Source: Lama glama (Eukaryota). Taken from it: a stretch of 64,000 nt of DNA. The notes beneath the pieces were generated by a model, which worked only from the letters and a program-made list of their open reading frames with translations, was not told the origin of the DNA and did no database searches. The DNA lies in assembly GCA_028534125.1 (NCBI GenBank), contig CM052816.1, positions 8,806,001 through 8,870,000 on the forward strand. The letters are read 5' to 3'. Every line of letters starts with the position of its first letter. The stretch's first letter is position 1. The position numbers were made by a program, and so were the translations under genes. Below, one piece after another: positions 1-13,275 of this stretch.

Positions 1-974
1 TGTCACCATGGAAGAACACTCAGGCTGCAGAGCCAGACTGTCTCAAGGAGTGAGGAGGCAAGACTGGTGGGGGACATATAGTCAAGGAACTGACTCTACC
101 ATTAGAGGCCCTGGGACCTTAGAAAGTGCCCTTGATCTCCCTCCCCAAGGCTCACTGTTATCATCCGCAAATTAGCCGAAATATCTAACTTGCAAGGATT
201 TAATTACATAGTGTCCCCTGCTTATTTCAGTGGTTTATGAAGAATACATCCTTAATAAATGGCAGCAAAGTATCTAGTTATGCCCTGTGCATATATAATT
301 TATAACTATTGGTCTGATTATATTTTATAATCCAGTCCTCTTTTTCTTTTTCCTTCTGCTCCTATTTTTAATTTGGAATTTCATGCTACATTTTTTGTAT
401 TCCTTTAAATTTCTGTAAAGAGGACATTATTATTATTATTATTACAAATAATAGTAATAAAATAAGAGTGTGAGAGAAAGTATGTAAGCTGCTAGGCAAA
501 TGTGAAGCATTCTTAACAAGTATTTCAAGTGTCTCAAGCTGCATTGGTATATAATACATTGCACCACAGATCCAAAAGATCCTTGCAAATCGTCACCCAT
601 GTGCCAAGGAGCTGTGGACATTAAGTCTCTTGTCCCATGGGGCTCTGGGAAATGGCACAAGGGATGCACTGGAAGAAGGCAGGCCTTGCAAGGAAGAGAG
701 AGAGCCAGTAAGAGAAGCCCTGGGTGCCCTGAGCTCTGTCAGCAGAACTCTGGTTGACCGTCCTAAGGGAGAGAACTTGGCTGTATGCAGACTGAATGAA
801 AGAAGATGGGGAAGAAGTTTCTAACACATTCCTAACAATTCAATTCCAAAGATGAAATGATCTTGACAGGTAGTAATTGTGTGAGCTGTACAAATATCCT
901 TTAAGCAATGGATGGGAGATGGTATGGCGGGGGGTGGTGGTGAAGGATATGGGAAAGTTGGAAGAGATAATGTC

Positions 975-1350
975 ATCAATTAGGTTCAGATCTGACTACA
1001 GGAAACACAAGTTCAAAACTGTGGCTTACACAATATGGACACTTATTTCTCTCTCCCATGAAAGTATAAAGACGGGTCTAAGGCTGGTGTGGTGGTTCTA
1101 CTCTGCTTAACCCTCTGGTTCACACCCACCTTCCCATGGTATGGCCCTCATCTACATTGGTACAAAATGGTGGCCGTCATTCCCACGTTCCAGGAAGCAA
1201 GATGGAAGAAGAAACAGAATCAGAAAGGTGAAGGGACAAAGATGGAAAGGGCAGAGGAAGACTCTCAGAAGCCATATCTCACTGGCCAGAACTTAGTCAC
1301 TTGGCCATGTCCAGTGGCAAAGGAGGATGGGAAACGTAGTCTTTATACTG
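975..1350. mobile_element. Old MaLR LTR fragment (MLT1K/L-like)
   Basis: GTGGCTTACACAA...GGCCAGAACTTAGTCACTTGGCCA...GGGAAACGTAGTCTTTA motifs. Confidence 0.45.
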
Positions 1351-2699
1351 GGTAGTCATGGTTCCCCCTAATAAGTCCACCTGTGGAAGGAGAGAATTAA
1401 TGTTAAGGAGTAATCAGGATGGTGCTTCCGATCTCCTTCAGCTCTAAAAGTCCATGAGTTTGTGATTCTTGACCCTCTATCACCCTCTACCCAAGGTCTG
1501 AACCCTTGCTTTTGACCCAGAGTGGATATCTGAGTGGAACAGGATGAGACTGCTAAGGGAAGGCAGGGAAGGCTCACAGAAATGCTATATTAGAGAGGAG
1601 ACTGCCTCTCTGTTCTCCATGCTGACTGAGCACCATCCCTGATATTTGGAAGCCTCTCAGGGAAGCCATGACCTCTGCAGCCTACAGAATTGCCTTTCCT
1701 TGGGGCAATGAAATGTTCTGTTCTCAGCTTTCACAGGTGGGCAACCTACTAAATGAGCACTTGAAGGATGTTTCCATATCTATCCCAAAATGGAGGGAAG
1801 CTGCGGTGCACTATGTCAGGAAATGCCCTGGATTTACCTGTTTGTGCGAAGGGATCCTTTCTGGAATTCAGAATCAGGAAAATGCTTATCTCCAGCTGAG
1901 TTCACATGATTTTCTTTCTCTGTTAACACATCAGATAACGCAGTGGCCTTCTGTTGTGTTTGCTGCCTTAGCATTATGACTCCTCTTCCTCCTTTTGGTT
2001 AAATCACCTCCTTTTCTTTGGAGGCCCCCCACCCCCACACCAGCTTTCAGTCCATGTAGTTCTGGTGGGGCTGACTCCACCTTTTCTTCTCTTCCAGGGG
2101 GTGGGCACAATATGCAGGCCTGGCTAATTGGGGTCACAGTGACTGGGTCCCAGATTAGGTCACGTTCTCCTCTGGGCCATCATAGGACACGCCTGTGATG
2201 TTCACTGAAATTACTGAGGAGAAGCATATCTTCTTGTGAGTGTTAAGTTGATAAGATGCAAATCTGAAGTTATTGGTGGTCATTTTTGCACCCTGCAGAA
2301 AGAGCGTGCTTGAGAGTGTGGGAATGAGGCCAACGCAGAGGACAACAGAGCAGGGAATGGAAAGTGTAATACATTCCTGATGACATGAACTGAGACTCTG
2401 AACCCAGTCCATCCCTGAATTTCCCAGTATTTCCCTAAATTTCCCAGTATATGAGTCAATATATCCTCTGTCTCTTTTTTTTTCTTTCTTAAGCCAGTTT
2501 GAGCTAGGTTCCCATCACTTACAAATGAAATAATCCCCAATAATGTGCCAACCAAAATGCAATTCTGCCTGGAAATGGAGATAAGAATTTTGTGATTAAC
2601 AACATTAAGTTATCGCAGTTGCCTGACATACCTGCTGCTAGGCTTCTCTCATAGCAGACATGCTGGGAGCTGAGTGAGTATGCCCGCTATGGCAGAGAG

Positions 2700-3311
2700 T
2701 CTGCAGAAGTGCTTGCCACAGATTTCTCTCATCCCCGCACACCTGTGTGCCTCTTCCCACTGGGTGGTGAAATCCATTTTTCTCCCCTTGAACCATGAAT
2801 CTCGGTTTGTTTCATGATTTTCTTTGACTGATAGAACTTGGTTGCACTGATGCTGTGCTAGTTCGGGTCTTAGGTCTTAAGAGGTCTGGCAGCTTTTGCT
2901 TTTGTCTCTTAGGCTCTGAGCTGTTGTATAAAGAAGTCTGGCTATTTTCCTGGAGAAACCATGTGAGAGAGGAGGTCTAGCCAGCCCCTGGTGTCCTAGT
3001 CACCACAGTGGAGGCACTAAACATGGGACGGAAGCCATCCTGGACATTCTAGCCCCAGCCAAGCAGGGCAGAGAATGGGGAGTGTCGTATATTCCTGATG
3101 TCATTACTTGAGCCTCTGGATCCAGTCATGCCTGAAGGCAGTTCAGCTGGATAGAGCAGAATGCGGCAGCCTGAGTGGTCCTAGCCAACACCGTGTAGAG
3201 CAGAACCACCCAGATGAATCCAGCCAAACCACAGGATTATTAGAAATAAATTGCTGTTTTAAGCCATTAAGTTTTGAGTTGGCTTGTTATGCAGTAATAG
3301 CTGACTGAAAC
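2700..3311 (+). mobile_element. Old MaLR LTR (MLT1-type)
   Basis: Ends in the typical AATAAATTGCTGTTTTAAGCCATTAAGTTTTG...TGTTATGCAGTAATAG; internal GAAGCCATCCTGGACATTCTAGCCCCAG. Confidence 0.6.
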
Positions 3312-4079
3312 GTCCACTCCATTCCAGCAACTTTGGAATCTCAGGATGTGTCACCGGGTGTCTTGTTTGAATGAAGGCATTACTGAGACCTGGTGGAGGG
3401 AAGAGTTGGGGCTAACGGTCAGATGAGTGGAGGCTGAGGACTGAGACTCTAGGACAATGAGGAGAGGAACTCTGCTTCAGTGCTGGGGGGCCCTGGGTGG
3501 CTGGGAACTCACCTTGAGGGGGAAAAAGGCCAAAGCCGAGGTTTCAGTTCAGGAGGATGACTGAAGGTGGATGGGAAACACTATTCGACAGGTAGTCATT
3601 CTAATAGCCTTTGGCCCAGCCACCTTTGGGGAGTGGCAAGGGGGGCTCACCCAGCCACCGCAGGCAGAGTTGGCCATGCTAGCAGGGAGTAAACCCTTCC
3701 ACAGTCTCTGAGAGGCAAGCTGGGGGCAGAGAGGAGCCTGCAAGAGCAAGTGCAGAGGGATGGTTAGAAACAGGCAGGGCTGGACTGCTAGAGCTTTGAA
3801 ATCACAGATCACTGGGTCCCTACAAGGTTAGACGACCCTGAGTCTGGAGAAGCAAGGGTTATGCTTTATTGCTTCAGCCTGCCTATTTTTCTTTTTCATT
3901 ATCCTGTTTTATTTGGGATTTAATCTTCCAAATCATCTCAAATCCTTTATGGAAGTGGGTGGGAGGCAGCGGGTCACAGATGCCTGAGAGCTGGGATTAT
4001 CCCTGGAACACAGCAGGAGGGATCAGAGCTGGCAGACTGTCCCCTGACTCCACCTACTCTTCTCCGGGGAGGCCCTCAG

Positions 4080-4342
4080 GTGTGCAAATGTATGAGGGTG
4101 TGTGAGTGTATGAATAGGTAGAAATGTGAGTGTGTGTGACTGAATATATGTAAGACATGTATGTGAGTACCTGTGAGAGTCGTGTGAAAAACGGGTGTGT
4201 GCTAGCATGTGATTAAGTGTATGAATGTGTGTGAGTGTGTGTGTATACAAGTGTGAGAGTGCTTGTGAGTGTGCCAGCTGGGTGGAAATGGATGTGCATT
4301 CACATGTGTGGGTGTGAAAGTGTGTATGAGTGTGATTAGGTA

Positions 4343-4378
<36 letters not shown>
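4080..4378. repeat. Degenerate TG-rich tract ending in a pure (TG)n microsatellite (about 4344-4378)
   Basis: Directly visible. Confidence 0.9.
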
Positions 4379-4380
<2 letters not shown>

Positions 4381-7300
4381 GTCTACCACCCTCACAACAC
4401 CAGCCCATCTTTAGAAAACCTAGTCAAAGACTTTGCTAGGTGCACAGGGCTCTGAGGACCGCCGCCCCCCCCCCCCGCCCTATGACATGTGACTCCGCCC
4501 TGACTAAAGATCCTAGTGCAGGGCCCTCCCTGGCCCTTCTCTGCCGTCATCCCTTCTCCCCTCCTCTTTCCCCCTCGCAGGTCACAGCTGGTCATTCCGG
4601 CCTCATCCCTGCACTGCCCGCGGCAGACCCAAGGATGCCCTAAAACGGGTCCTTCTGGGACAGGAGAGTGATGGGGTGTTGGCTGGGCCGGGGCCCACGG
4701 CCCAGAGAATGCTGCTGCGCCAGAGGCCCTTGTGAAACTTTTTCCGGACAGCAGTGAGGCTGAAAATCCCCAGGCCTCCGCCTTTTCGGACTGCCAAGGT
4801 CACGGCTCCCTCGCTCAGGGATCCCGCTCTCTGCCGCCCTCTTCTGGTCATCTCCCGCCGACTGGCGCAAAAGGACGGCAGCCCCACATTCACATCCGTA
4901 CCCCACGTAGAGCAGCTTCCCTCCAGCTTTGCTGCCAACAGGGCACAGGGGGGCCGGGCTGGACGCTCCCCAAGGCCTGGGATCTGGGTTCATTGTCTCC
5001 TTGATGCTTCCTGCAGGTCTGACACTCAGTAGATGTCCTACCAAGAGAAAATGAATTCATGGATTGGCTCAGTAGTCAAAGAGGAAACTGAGGCCCTGAG
5101 GAGGGAACACAGTGAACTGGTTGCATATGCAGGAAGCATACCGAGCTCGCCAGGTGCCCAGGGTTTTTTCTGCCTTAGCTTCATCCGGGAACGAGTCCTG
5201 GCCTTTTCCTGCTCAACCTGAGTCAGACTTTCTCAGTTGACTGGGGCTGCCCTAGGAGAAGTAGGTTGTCCCCAGATTGGGGCAAGTGGCTCAGATTGGG
5301 GAGGTGGGCGGTGAGGGTCTGGAAGCCAGCCTGCCTCTGCTGGGCACCCAGGCTGGTCCTGCCTGATTGTGCTGAGCTGGCCCACACCTGGGCGGATGAT
5401 GCTGCTGACACAGACACGCCCGTGAGCCAGAGGGCATGGAGGTGCCCCAGTCATCTCCACCCCACCCACTGCCTCCACCATGGCGTCATTACCTCTCCAA
5501 AGGAAGACACCAAGGTTCAGAGAGGCCAGAGTTGTCAAAGGCCGTTCTGCACCTGCAAGTCTCTTTCACTAGACCCTGGAGCTCCCCTAGGAGTCTCACT
5601 CCAGCTGTCCCTCTGTGAGACAGCGCCACCTGGTCCCCATCCCAGGACTTCCAGACAATGATGCCGCTCCCTTCTTTTCTAGTTGCTCATTGTAGGAAAA
5701 GGGAAAACATAGAAAAGCAGAGAGAAAGCAAAACCACCTGAGAGACCGTCCCATTGATCAGCCCCACTCCCCAAATAGGCCTGTTAACTCTGCTGGAGTT
5801 AACTTTACTGGAGTCAAATGGATTCCTCCCTGGCTACTTCCTCCAGGACTGAACCCCTCCCTGACCTCTCTATGTGGCCTCACCCAGTCCACTTGCAACC
5901 CTCACTCCAGCCCAGATTGTCCCCACCCCAGGGTCGGCCTCCATGCCCTTCTCTCTTCTGCTGTCCCTTTCCCCATTGTGCCTGCCTTGGTTGGTGACAG
6001 CTCAGAAGCCCTGTGGGGTCATTGGTGCTAAGATTTCATGTCTAAGTGAGGTAACTGGATCAGCCACTCTGTTGCTCCAAGACTTTCTGTGGCTCCCAGG
6101 CAGACAAGCGAAGTTCTCAGATTACTCTGGCATTCAAGGCCACACACCATCCTGCCCCAGTGCCATTCCAGACATTATCCCTTCATGCTGCAGGCCAACA
6201 GGGCCGATCTACTTCCTTCTGGGCCAGTTTCCTCTGACAGTGCATGAGCTAAGTGAGCTGGAGCTGTGTCAACTTTTATCTCTTTGTCCTCAGTGCTTAG
6301 CCCAGGACCTCAGTGGGCTAAATAAGTGGACTCTCAGTAAGTGTTCACCAAAAAGAACTAAGTTGGTTGGGGGCAAACCAATTCACTCTTGTTAAAAATG
6401 ATAAGAAGCATTTGGTCAGCATGTATTCTGTCCAGACATTGTGTTCCGTGCATTACAGGGATTCCTCATTTTGTCCTCACAACTGATTTCTAAGGTGAGG
6501 CTACTATAATGCCCACTTTCCAGATGAGGAAACCGAGGCCCAGAGATACTAAGCGATTTGATCAAAGTCATATCCAGGATCCCACCGCAGCCCATGACCG
6601 GCTGCCCTAGACTGCAGGGTTTGCCTGCTCCTGCCTTATAAGCATGCTGGCTGTCTGCCCTTTTTTCCCCACCCTCCTCCATCTGGGCCCAAAGACCCTT
6701 CCATTCTGCCCTCACTTCAGGTTCAGCACCAGGGCCTGGGCAGTGCAGGGCAAGGCTCCGGTGAGCCTCAGGTGCCCAGCTGTGGCCAAGCATGCCAGGA
6801 AGCCTGCAGGGATAGTTCTGTAAAGAACAGGAGTACTGCTGCTCTGTCAGGCGTCTAAACAAGATTCAGCAGGTCGGCTTTAGGTCCTAGAACTCAAGTC
6901 CCTGATGTGAACTTGTACTGATGCAGCATTGGAGAGGCCTGGCCTGGGAATCTGGGCCCAGGCACAATCCCAGACTCACCATGTGACCTTGGGCAAGGAG
7001 CTGAGCTTTGCTGAGCTGCAGCTTCCACATCTGTACAATCAGCATGAGAATATCCACCTCACACAGTCGTCAGGAGCATAAAACGGGAGCTGGCGTGGGA
7101 AGACATTTCATAAACTACAGAGCTGCTGATGGAGGATGAGGGGATATTGTTGTTCTGTGCGACTGGGATCGCCAGAGGCCTGGTTTAGAGGCCGGGAGGG
7201 GCAGGGGCAGGACAGATACTACCGGCTGGCAGGGGAAAAGGTTTTTCTGGTTAGGATGTGCAAAGTAGGTGGGGTGGGGCAGAAGTGGGAAAGGGGCCTG

Positions 7301-8126
7301 TGAAGGTAGGCGGGGCCTCTGTCAGGAGCTGCTGGGGATCCCAGAAGAGCTGCTGAGTCACCTTCCTCCTCTATATCCTTCTTTTTCTTTTTTTTTTTTT
7401 GTCTTAATTACCTTTTTCTGCTTACAAAAGCAGTAAACGCCCATTGTATAAAGTTCAAACAACAGCGAACTGTTAGTGTAGAAGGTAGACAGTTTCCTGT
7501 TTGTGCTCCCCAGATGTAACTGCTGTTGACATTTTGAAGTATGTTCTTCCAGATTTTTCTTTTGAAAAGTAAACAGATGCATATTTTTAAATTGAAAAAT
7601 CCTGTTCTTTGAAGACAATTCAAAGCAAGGCAGAACAATGTAATGTATACTCCTTTCACACCCATCTCAGAACCAAATGCTATTAACAGCTTTGTAGGTA
7701 TTTCCATCAACTGTTTATATGCATTTATATCCACAAGAGGGCAAGAATGAGGAGGGGCAGTAATGATTATAGACACAAAAGCCAAGACTGCCAGGGTGCA
7801 AGTCCCAGCCCTAACAGTTACTAGTTGGGTGACCGTGGGCAAGTTACTTTACCTCTCTGAGCCTCATTATCTTTCTCTGTAAGAAGGCAATAATGATAAC
7901 ACCTACATCAAAGTATCATGGAGAGAATTAAGTGGAATAAAGTCTGCAGTGCTCAGCATAATGCCTCAGTGAAGATTAGCTATCGCAGACACACCTAAAG
8001 AGAGTCGATTTCTCCCCCACGAAGTTGGGATCATATGATGCATGCTGTCCTGTTTGGTTTGGGGGCAGAATTCCGTGGAAAGGTGAGCCATAGGGATCCT
8101 GAAATTTGCATTGGAAATGAGAAGTC

Positions 8127-8180
8127 TTGCATTTAGAGTCAGAGAATTGGTTGCATTTAGAGTCAGAGAATTGGTTGCAT
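8127..8180. repeat. 24-bp tandem duplication
   Basis: TTGCATTTAGAGTCAGAGAATTGG twice, plus TTGCAT. Confidence 0.9.
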
Positions 8181-8718
8181 AAGTGTAGGATGGGAGAAAC
8201 CTAGATTTCCCAAGATGAGTCACAGCCACCTCTGTGATGTGGCGGCCCCGGCTTGCATCAGTGGATGTTGAGCTTTCAACAGGAGGTTGGTGATGGGTTT
8301 TCTGCAGCCTGGGCTTTTTGTCCACCTGATGCTCCCATTCCCTTAAAAGCTTTTGTAGGCCTCACTACATATAAATCCAGCTACCCACATGGTAACTTCT
8401 ACCTTTAAATGTCTACAGTTTTTCCCACCCAGTCTCACTTCCCACCTCCCTGGAACCCCCTTGTCCTCCAGTCTTTCCAGCCTCAGTGTGGGCACCAAAG
8501 TCTGCCCTTTGCTCAAGCCATACCCAGGGCGGAGGGTGGGGTGAGAGCTGCTTTCCGCTTCCATCCTACATGGAATGGAGTCCTTTGGGTCTTCGCTCCC
8601 ACACATACCCACCTCCCTCCACCTCCTTCCTCTCTTCTGTCTGTCACCCTCAGTCCCTTTGCCATCCCAGAGCTACAACAAAGTTTTAATGTTCACTTTG
8701 ATCTTATGGGATAGGTAT

Positions 8719-9150
8719 TGTGGTGGGTTGAACAGTGGCGACTCCAAAGATCAGTCCACATGCTAATTCCCGGAATCTGTGTATATGACCTTATTTGAAA
8801 AAAATGTCTCTGTACATGTGGTTAAGTTAAGGATCTTGAGATAAAGTCATCATCCTGGATTATCTAAGTGGGCCCTGATTCAATGATAAATGTCCTTACA
8901 AGAGACACATAGGGGAGATTTGACAGACAGAAGAGAAGGCGGTAACACAGAGCAGAGAGTGAAGGAGCCAGGAGCCAAGGAATGCTTGGAGCCCCCATAA
9001 GATGGAAGATGCAAGGAACAGAAACCTCCCAAGCATCTTCAGAGGTAACATGGCCCTGCCAACACCTTGATTTTGGATTTCTGACCTCTAGAACTATTTT
9101 GGATTTGTTTTAGGCCCCCCAGTTTGTTATTATTTGCTATGGCAGCCACA
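8719..9150 (+). mobile_element. MaLR solo LTR (MLT1 family)
   Basis: TGTGGTGGGTTGAA start; TTAAGTTAAGGATCTTGAGAT...CATCCTGGATTATC...GGCCCTGCCAACACCTTGATTTTGGA; GCTATGGCAGCC end. Confidence 0.75.
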
Positions 9151-11477
9151 ATGTCATTCAAATGTCAAAACAATATAACGTGTAAATATTGAGAAATCTT
9201 GCTTTTCTAGGTAAGCACTCTTACTAAGTTCTTTTGTATTCTTCCAGGATTTCTTTTTGCAGATATAAGAAAATAAGAAAGGGGAATACATTTTGATTCT
9301 CCTGCCTGTTTGAGTGAGCTTTGAAACACATAACTGGCTGTGTTTCACTCACTGCACTTAGGTGACCCAAACTCTTCACATGGCCCACAGGGCCCCACTT
9401 GGCCTGGCTCTGTGCCCCTCGACCCCGTCTCACCCCACTCCTCCACTTTGGGCTGCAGCCCCCCTGGCCTCCTTACACTCCTCCTGCCTTAGATTCTTGA
9501 CATCCATCCTTGCTTCTGCCTGACCCACCCAACCCTACTGTCCCCACTGTCTTCCTGTCATCAGATCCCCTAATCCTGCCACTTCTCATTGTACCATTCT
9601 GTTTCATTTTCTTCCTTGAATTTATCATGATATAAAATTGATCAAGTGGTGGCTGATTTGTTTGTGTCTGTCTCCTGCTCCAGATTGTAAATTCTTGGAG
9701 CTGGGATTTGTTTTATTCACCTCTCCATCCTGGGCACTGGAAACAGTGCTTGGCACATGGTAGGCCCTCTGTAAACATTTACTGAATACATAAATCAGTA
9801 CTAAAGGCCAACCACTTTCTAGAAACTGACATGCATTAAAGAAAGGGTCCTCAGAGTCCACAGACCCTCTAAAGTAGTAGGTAACATTTTGTGTGGGAGT
9901 GTGTTATTTTCCATGGAGATGGTTGACTGCTTTTATTAGGTTCTCAAAGAGGGTACTGACCCCAAAGATGTGAAAGGGTTTTAAAATCAAGTCTTGATTG
10001 CACAGCAAGGGAAACAAGCTTACATTCAGTCTCTGAGGCCCACTGGGGGCCCCGAGCATGTTTAGTCTGGAGGAGAGGAGCCCGAGGAAGCCAGGACCAC
10101 TATTTGTAAATCTCTGTGGGCAGCAAAGGAACCAAGGAAAATGACAGGGCTTTCATTCCAACAGGAGAAGGACTACCTAACAATCTAAGTTGACCAAGGA
10201 CATAGAGCTGCCTGATGAAGTGGTGAGGTCCTTGTCACTGGAGGTATGCAAGCAGATGTGCATGCCCCTCTGTCAGAAATTGGTCTGAGATGAGCAGATA
10301 AAGGAAACACACACTTTGGAATGTCAGAGTGGTAAATGGCTTGGGTCAGAGGGGGCAGACTTTAAGTTAATGTAGCTGTGGTTCCTTCCAGCCTCCCACA
10401 GGTTGGAGTGCAATTGACAGGCCCTTGATTGTTCCCAGAGTGAGGCCGCTTGGATGCCATCCCCACATTCCATGAAAAATTAGCAAGTCTGGACCTATCC
10501 CCTCCCTGCTAGGTTGGTTTCCACTTTGCCTGCTCCCATGACCCCGAGAGGGGCTGTCTAGGTCTGAACTTCAGGGACAGGCCTGAGTCCCCTCTTAGGC
10601 CACTGCCTTTTCTCAGCAATAAGCTTGGTTGCTCAGGCTGCTGGCCAGGCCCGCGGGAGGGCTGGAGGCATGCGATCCCCTACAGCCAGATGGCCTCCCT
10701 CTGGCTCCCTCCAGCTCCCTCTGGGTGGGTGGCTTTTCTTTCAGGACCAGAGGAATCCTTTTCACCTCCTTTGTCTGTATCATTGGACCACATCCTGGAG
10801 CAATCTTGGGGTGCCCTTCTTACTGTCTGCTTTGAGAGACGCAGCTCTCAGGGAGCCTGAGGGAACCTTTTTCCTTCAGGAACTTTTCTTCATAAAGCAG
10901 GAAATTAAACCTCTCCACTGAGCCAGGGGTGCCAAGTCCCTCGGGGCCCACCAGGAGGCAGGAGAAGGCACCTCCAGCATGTTGGTAGGTGTAACAGGAT
11001 CAGTACTGCTGGATGAAGTCTCCCAGGCCTTCTTCTCAGCCCAGGCAGCTGGGAATCTTCCAGGAACTGGAGGACCAGGTTGGACACTCCTCTATCCAAG
11101 CTTGTATATAGGGAAATTGTTGGCCCGGGTGCCGGGTTGGTGCTTGCTTCCTGCTGTAGCCACTTAGCACTTATGGAACCCTGGAACCATGTCTAATGCT
11201 CTGACATGCTCCATCTGAATATCACAAATGAGATAATATATATAAAGTAAATTCACAGTGCCAGGCACAGAGTAAGGGCTCAATAAATCATAGGTTCTAC
11301 TATTATTAGAATTTGAATTAAGTATTTCTTAAACCGCTCTAAGCCTCTGAAAAATATGATGACAAGATGAGTCCCTAAACAAGGACCAGATGAGGTCCTG
11401 GGATGGAAAGTGCATTTTGAGATGCAAATTCGTATGCAAATATATTAGGTAATGGTCAATGATAAAAAATGGCAAGT

Positions 11478-11539
11478 CCACAAGAGGCGCTGCCCTCTTG
11501 TGGTCTGTACTTCCAGGTACGGCCACAAGAGGGCAGCAC
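11478..11539. promoter_or_regulatory. Cluster of CTCF-like motifs (CCACAAGAGG three times, including an inverted repeat)
   Basis: CCACAAGAGGCGC (+, 11478), GCGCTGCCCTCTTGTGG (-, ending 11503) and CCACAAGAGGGCAGCA (+, 11523). Confidence 0.6.
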
Positions 11540-11779
11540 CTCCCCCGGCGGGTATCGCGCCTCTCCCTGGACGTTCCTCCAGGAGGGACCCCGTGCGGGA
11601 TGTCCTGTCAGGAAAAGGAGGTGCAGACCCCCACTGCCCAAAGAGCCTGGGCCTCGTCCTAGGACTCCGTCACCAGACTTGTCAGGGGAGCCAGTTTCTT
11701 CTCCCCACAGAAAGGAGGCCCTCGGCACATGAGATGTATTTGAAAGTGTTACTACGTCAGGGCTGTGTGCACAAATGGT

Positions 11780-12330
11780 CTCATCGCTGACATCCTGGAA
11801 GAGGAGGGCAGGATCTCGCAGCTTCGTGTGTGCGAGGGAGTCGTCGTCACCAGGCCGAGTTCTCTGGCTGTCGCGTCCCCCGCCGCGGCCCCAGCGCCAG
11901 GCGCACGCGGCCCCCAGTGCCGGCTGGCGCGGAGCTGCGCTGAGGTGAGTAGAGGCGACGCTCCCTGTGCTGGGGATTGGCTGTTGGGCCTGGGATTCTC
12001 GGCCCGCCGCGTGGAACCCGCCTGTGGGGGTCAGGAAGCCGCGTCTTAGCGCGAGCTCCCCGGGGGTGTGGGGAGAGAGTTCTAGAAGGAACTCAGCAGG
12101 ACAAGGCCTGTGAGTTTCGAGAAGGCCCCAGGGCCTGACTGGGATCTGTGGCGAAGCTGAGCAAGACCGGGGTGCGTCGCCGGGGGCTGCGGGGCGGCGG
12201 CGGCGCGGCGGCGGCGCGGCGAGAGGAGCTGGCGGGCCGTCCGGCCTCTTCCGCCCGCCCTGCGGCTCCCGGGCGGCCGCGGCCTGTGTGCGACCCGCGG
12301 CCCCTCAGCAGTGAAGGGCCGGCGCGCGGG
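11780..12330. promoter_or_regulatory. CpG island without an identifiable coding gene
   Basis: Dense CpG/GC sequence, a GGCGGCGGCGC run at about 12190-12222, and a plus-strand donor GAG|GTGAGT at 11944/11945. Confidence 0.75.
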
Positions 12331-12849
12331 CCTTGTTCTGGGGAGCAAAGGGGAGACGAGGGGAGGCCTTGGGCATCTGGGAATCGTCATGTAAGAGCCT
12401 GTTGGTCAGTTTGTTGGGGTTTTCTCCTCACAATGTAGCCGAGTTTGGAGGCTCAAGCTAAAGGTGGGGTAATTGTGTTTAAAATGTCCCCAGGTGTTGG
12501 GCATGAGGCCTGTGCTGCAGTGAGTGTTAGTTCACTCTGAACGCCGACACCTGTGTGAGGTGTGATTTCAGACTGTCCTGCCCGCTCGTCCTGGTCAGCG
12601 ACACCTTGGGGACTGAAGGGGAGCGGCTGCCGTGTGGCGAGGCCCGAGGTCTCCTCAGCCTGCGTCCTGGTCCCACCCTAAGGGACCTCATCTCGTGGCA
12701 CTGTCCCCCCGACCTGCCACAGCTGGCGTTCCCACACACCGTGACAGCTTCCCGGGCTCTGACTATCCTGAGTGGGGTCCTGATTGCTATCAGGCCGGCC
12801 CCTGGGAACGTCCGGCAGCGTAAAGGCACGGAGGGTTACACTAGCTGGG

Positions 12850-13182
12850 GCCGTTACCCCCTCAAATTCATGAAGTCTTAACTCCCAGTAGTTCCGAATG
12901 TGACCGCATTTGGAGACAGGGTCTTTAAAGAGACAATTAAAGTTAAATGAGGTCATGTGGGTGGGGCCTTATCCAACAAGACTGGTGTTCTTATAAGAAG
13001 AGATTAAGACACAGGGAGAAGACAGCCATCTACAAGGCCAAGAGAGTGGCCTCAGAGGAAACCAACCCTGCTAACACGTTGATGTTAGACTTCCAGCCTC
13101 TAGAACTATGCTAAAATAAAATTCTAGTGTTTAAGCCACCATCTGTGGTGCTTTGTTATGGCAGCCTTAGCTGATTGATACA
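12850..13182 (+). mobile_element. MaLR solo LTR (MLT1A/B-like)
   Basis: GAATGTGACCGCATTTGGAGACAGGGTCTTTAAAGAG...GACTTCCAGCCTCTAGAACT...TTTGTTATGGCAGCC...ATACA. Confidence 0.75.
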
Positions 13183-13269
13183 GGCTGTTAGGTGCTTTCC
13201 GTGCCTTCACCTCCTCCCCTCCCCCCATGCTCCCAGGAAGTAACAGGACACAAGTCAAGGGTCCAGCAC

Positions 13270-13275
13270 TTTATT
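13270..13275 (-). terminator. Candidate poly(A) signal of CARMN/pri-miR-143/145
   Basis: Minus strand reads AATAAAGTGCTGGACCCTTGACTTGTGTCCTGTT, with a GU-rich downstream element, about 1.7 kb past miR-145. Alternative AATAAA hexamers at 14612-14607 and 14620-14615. Confidence 0.5.
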
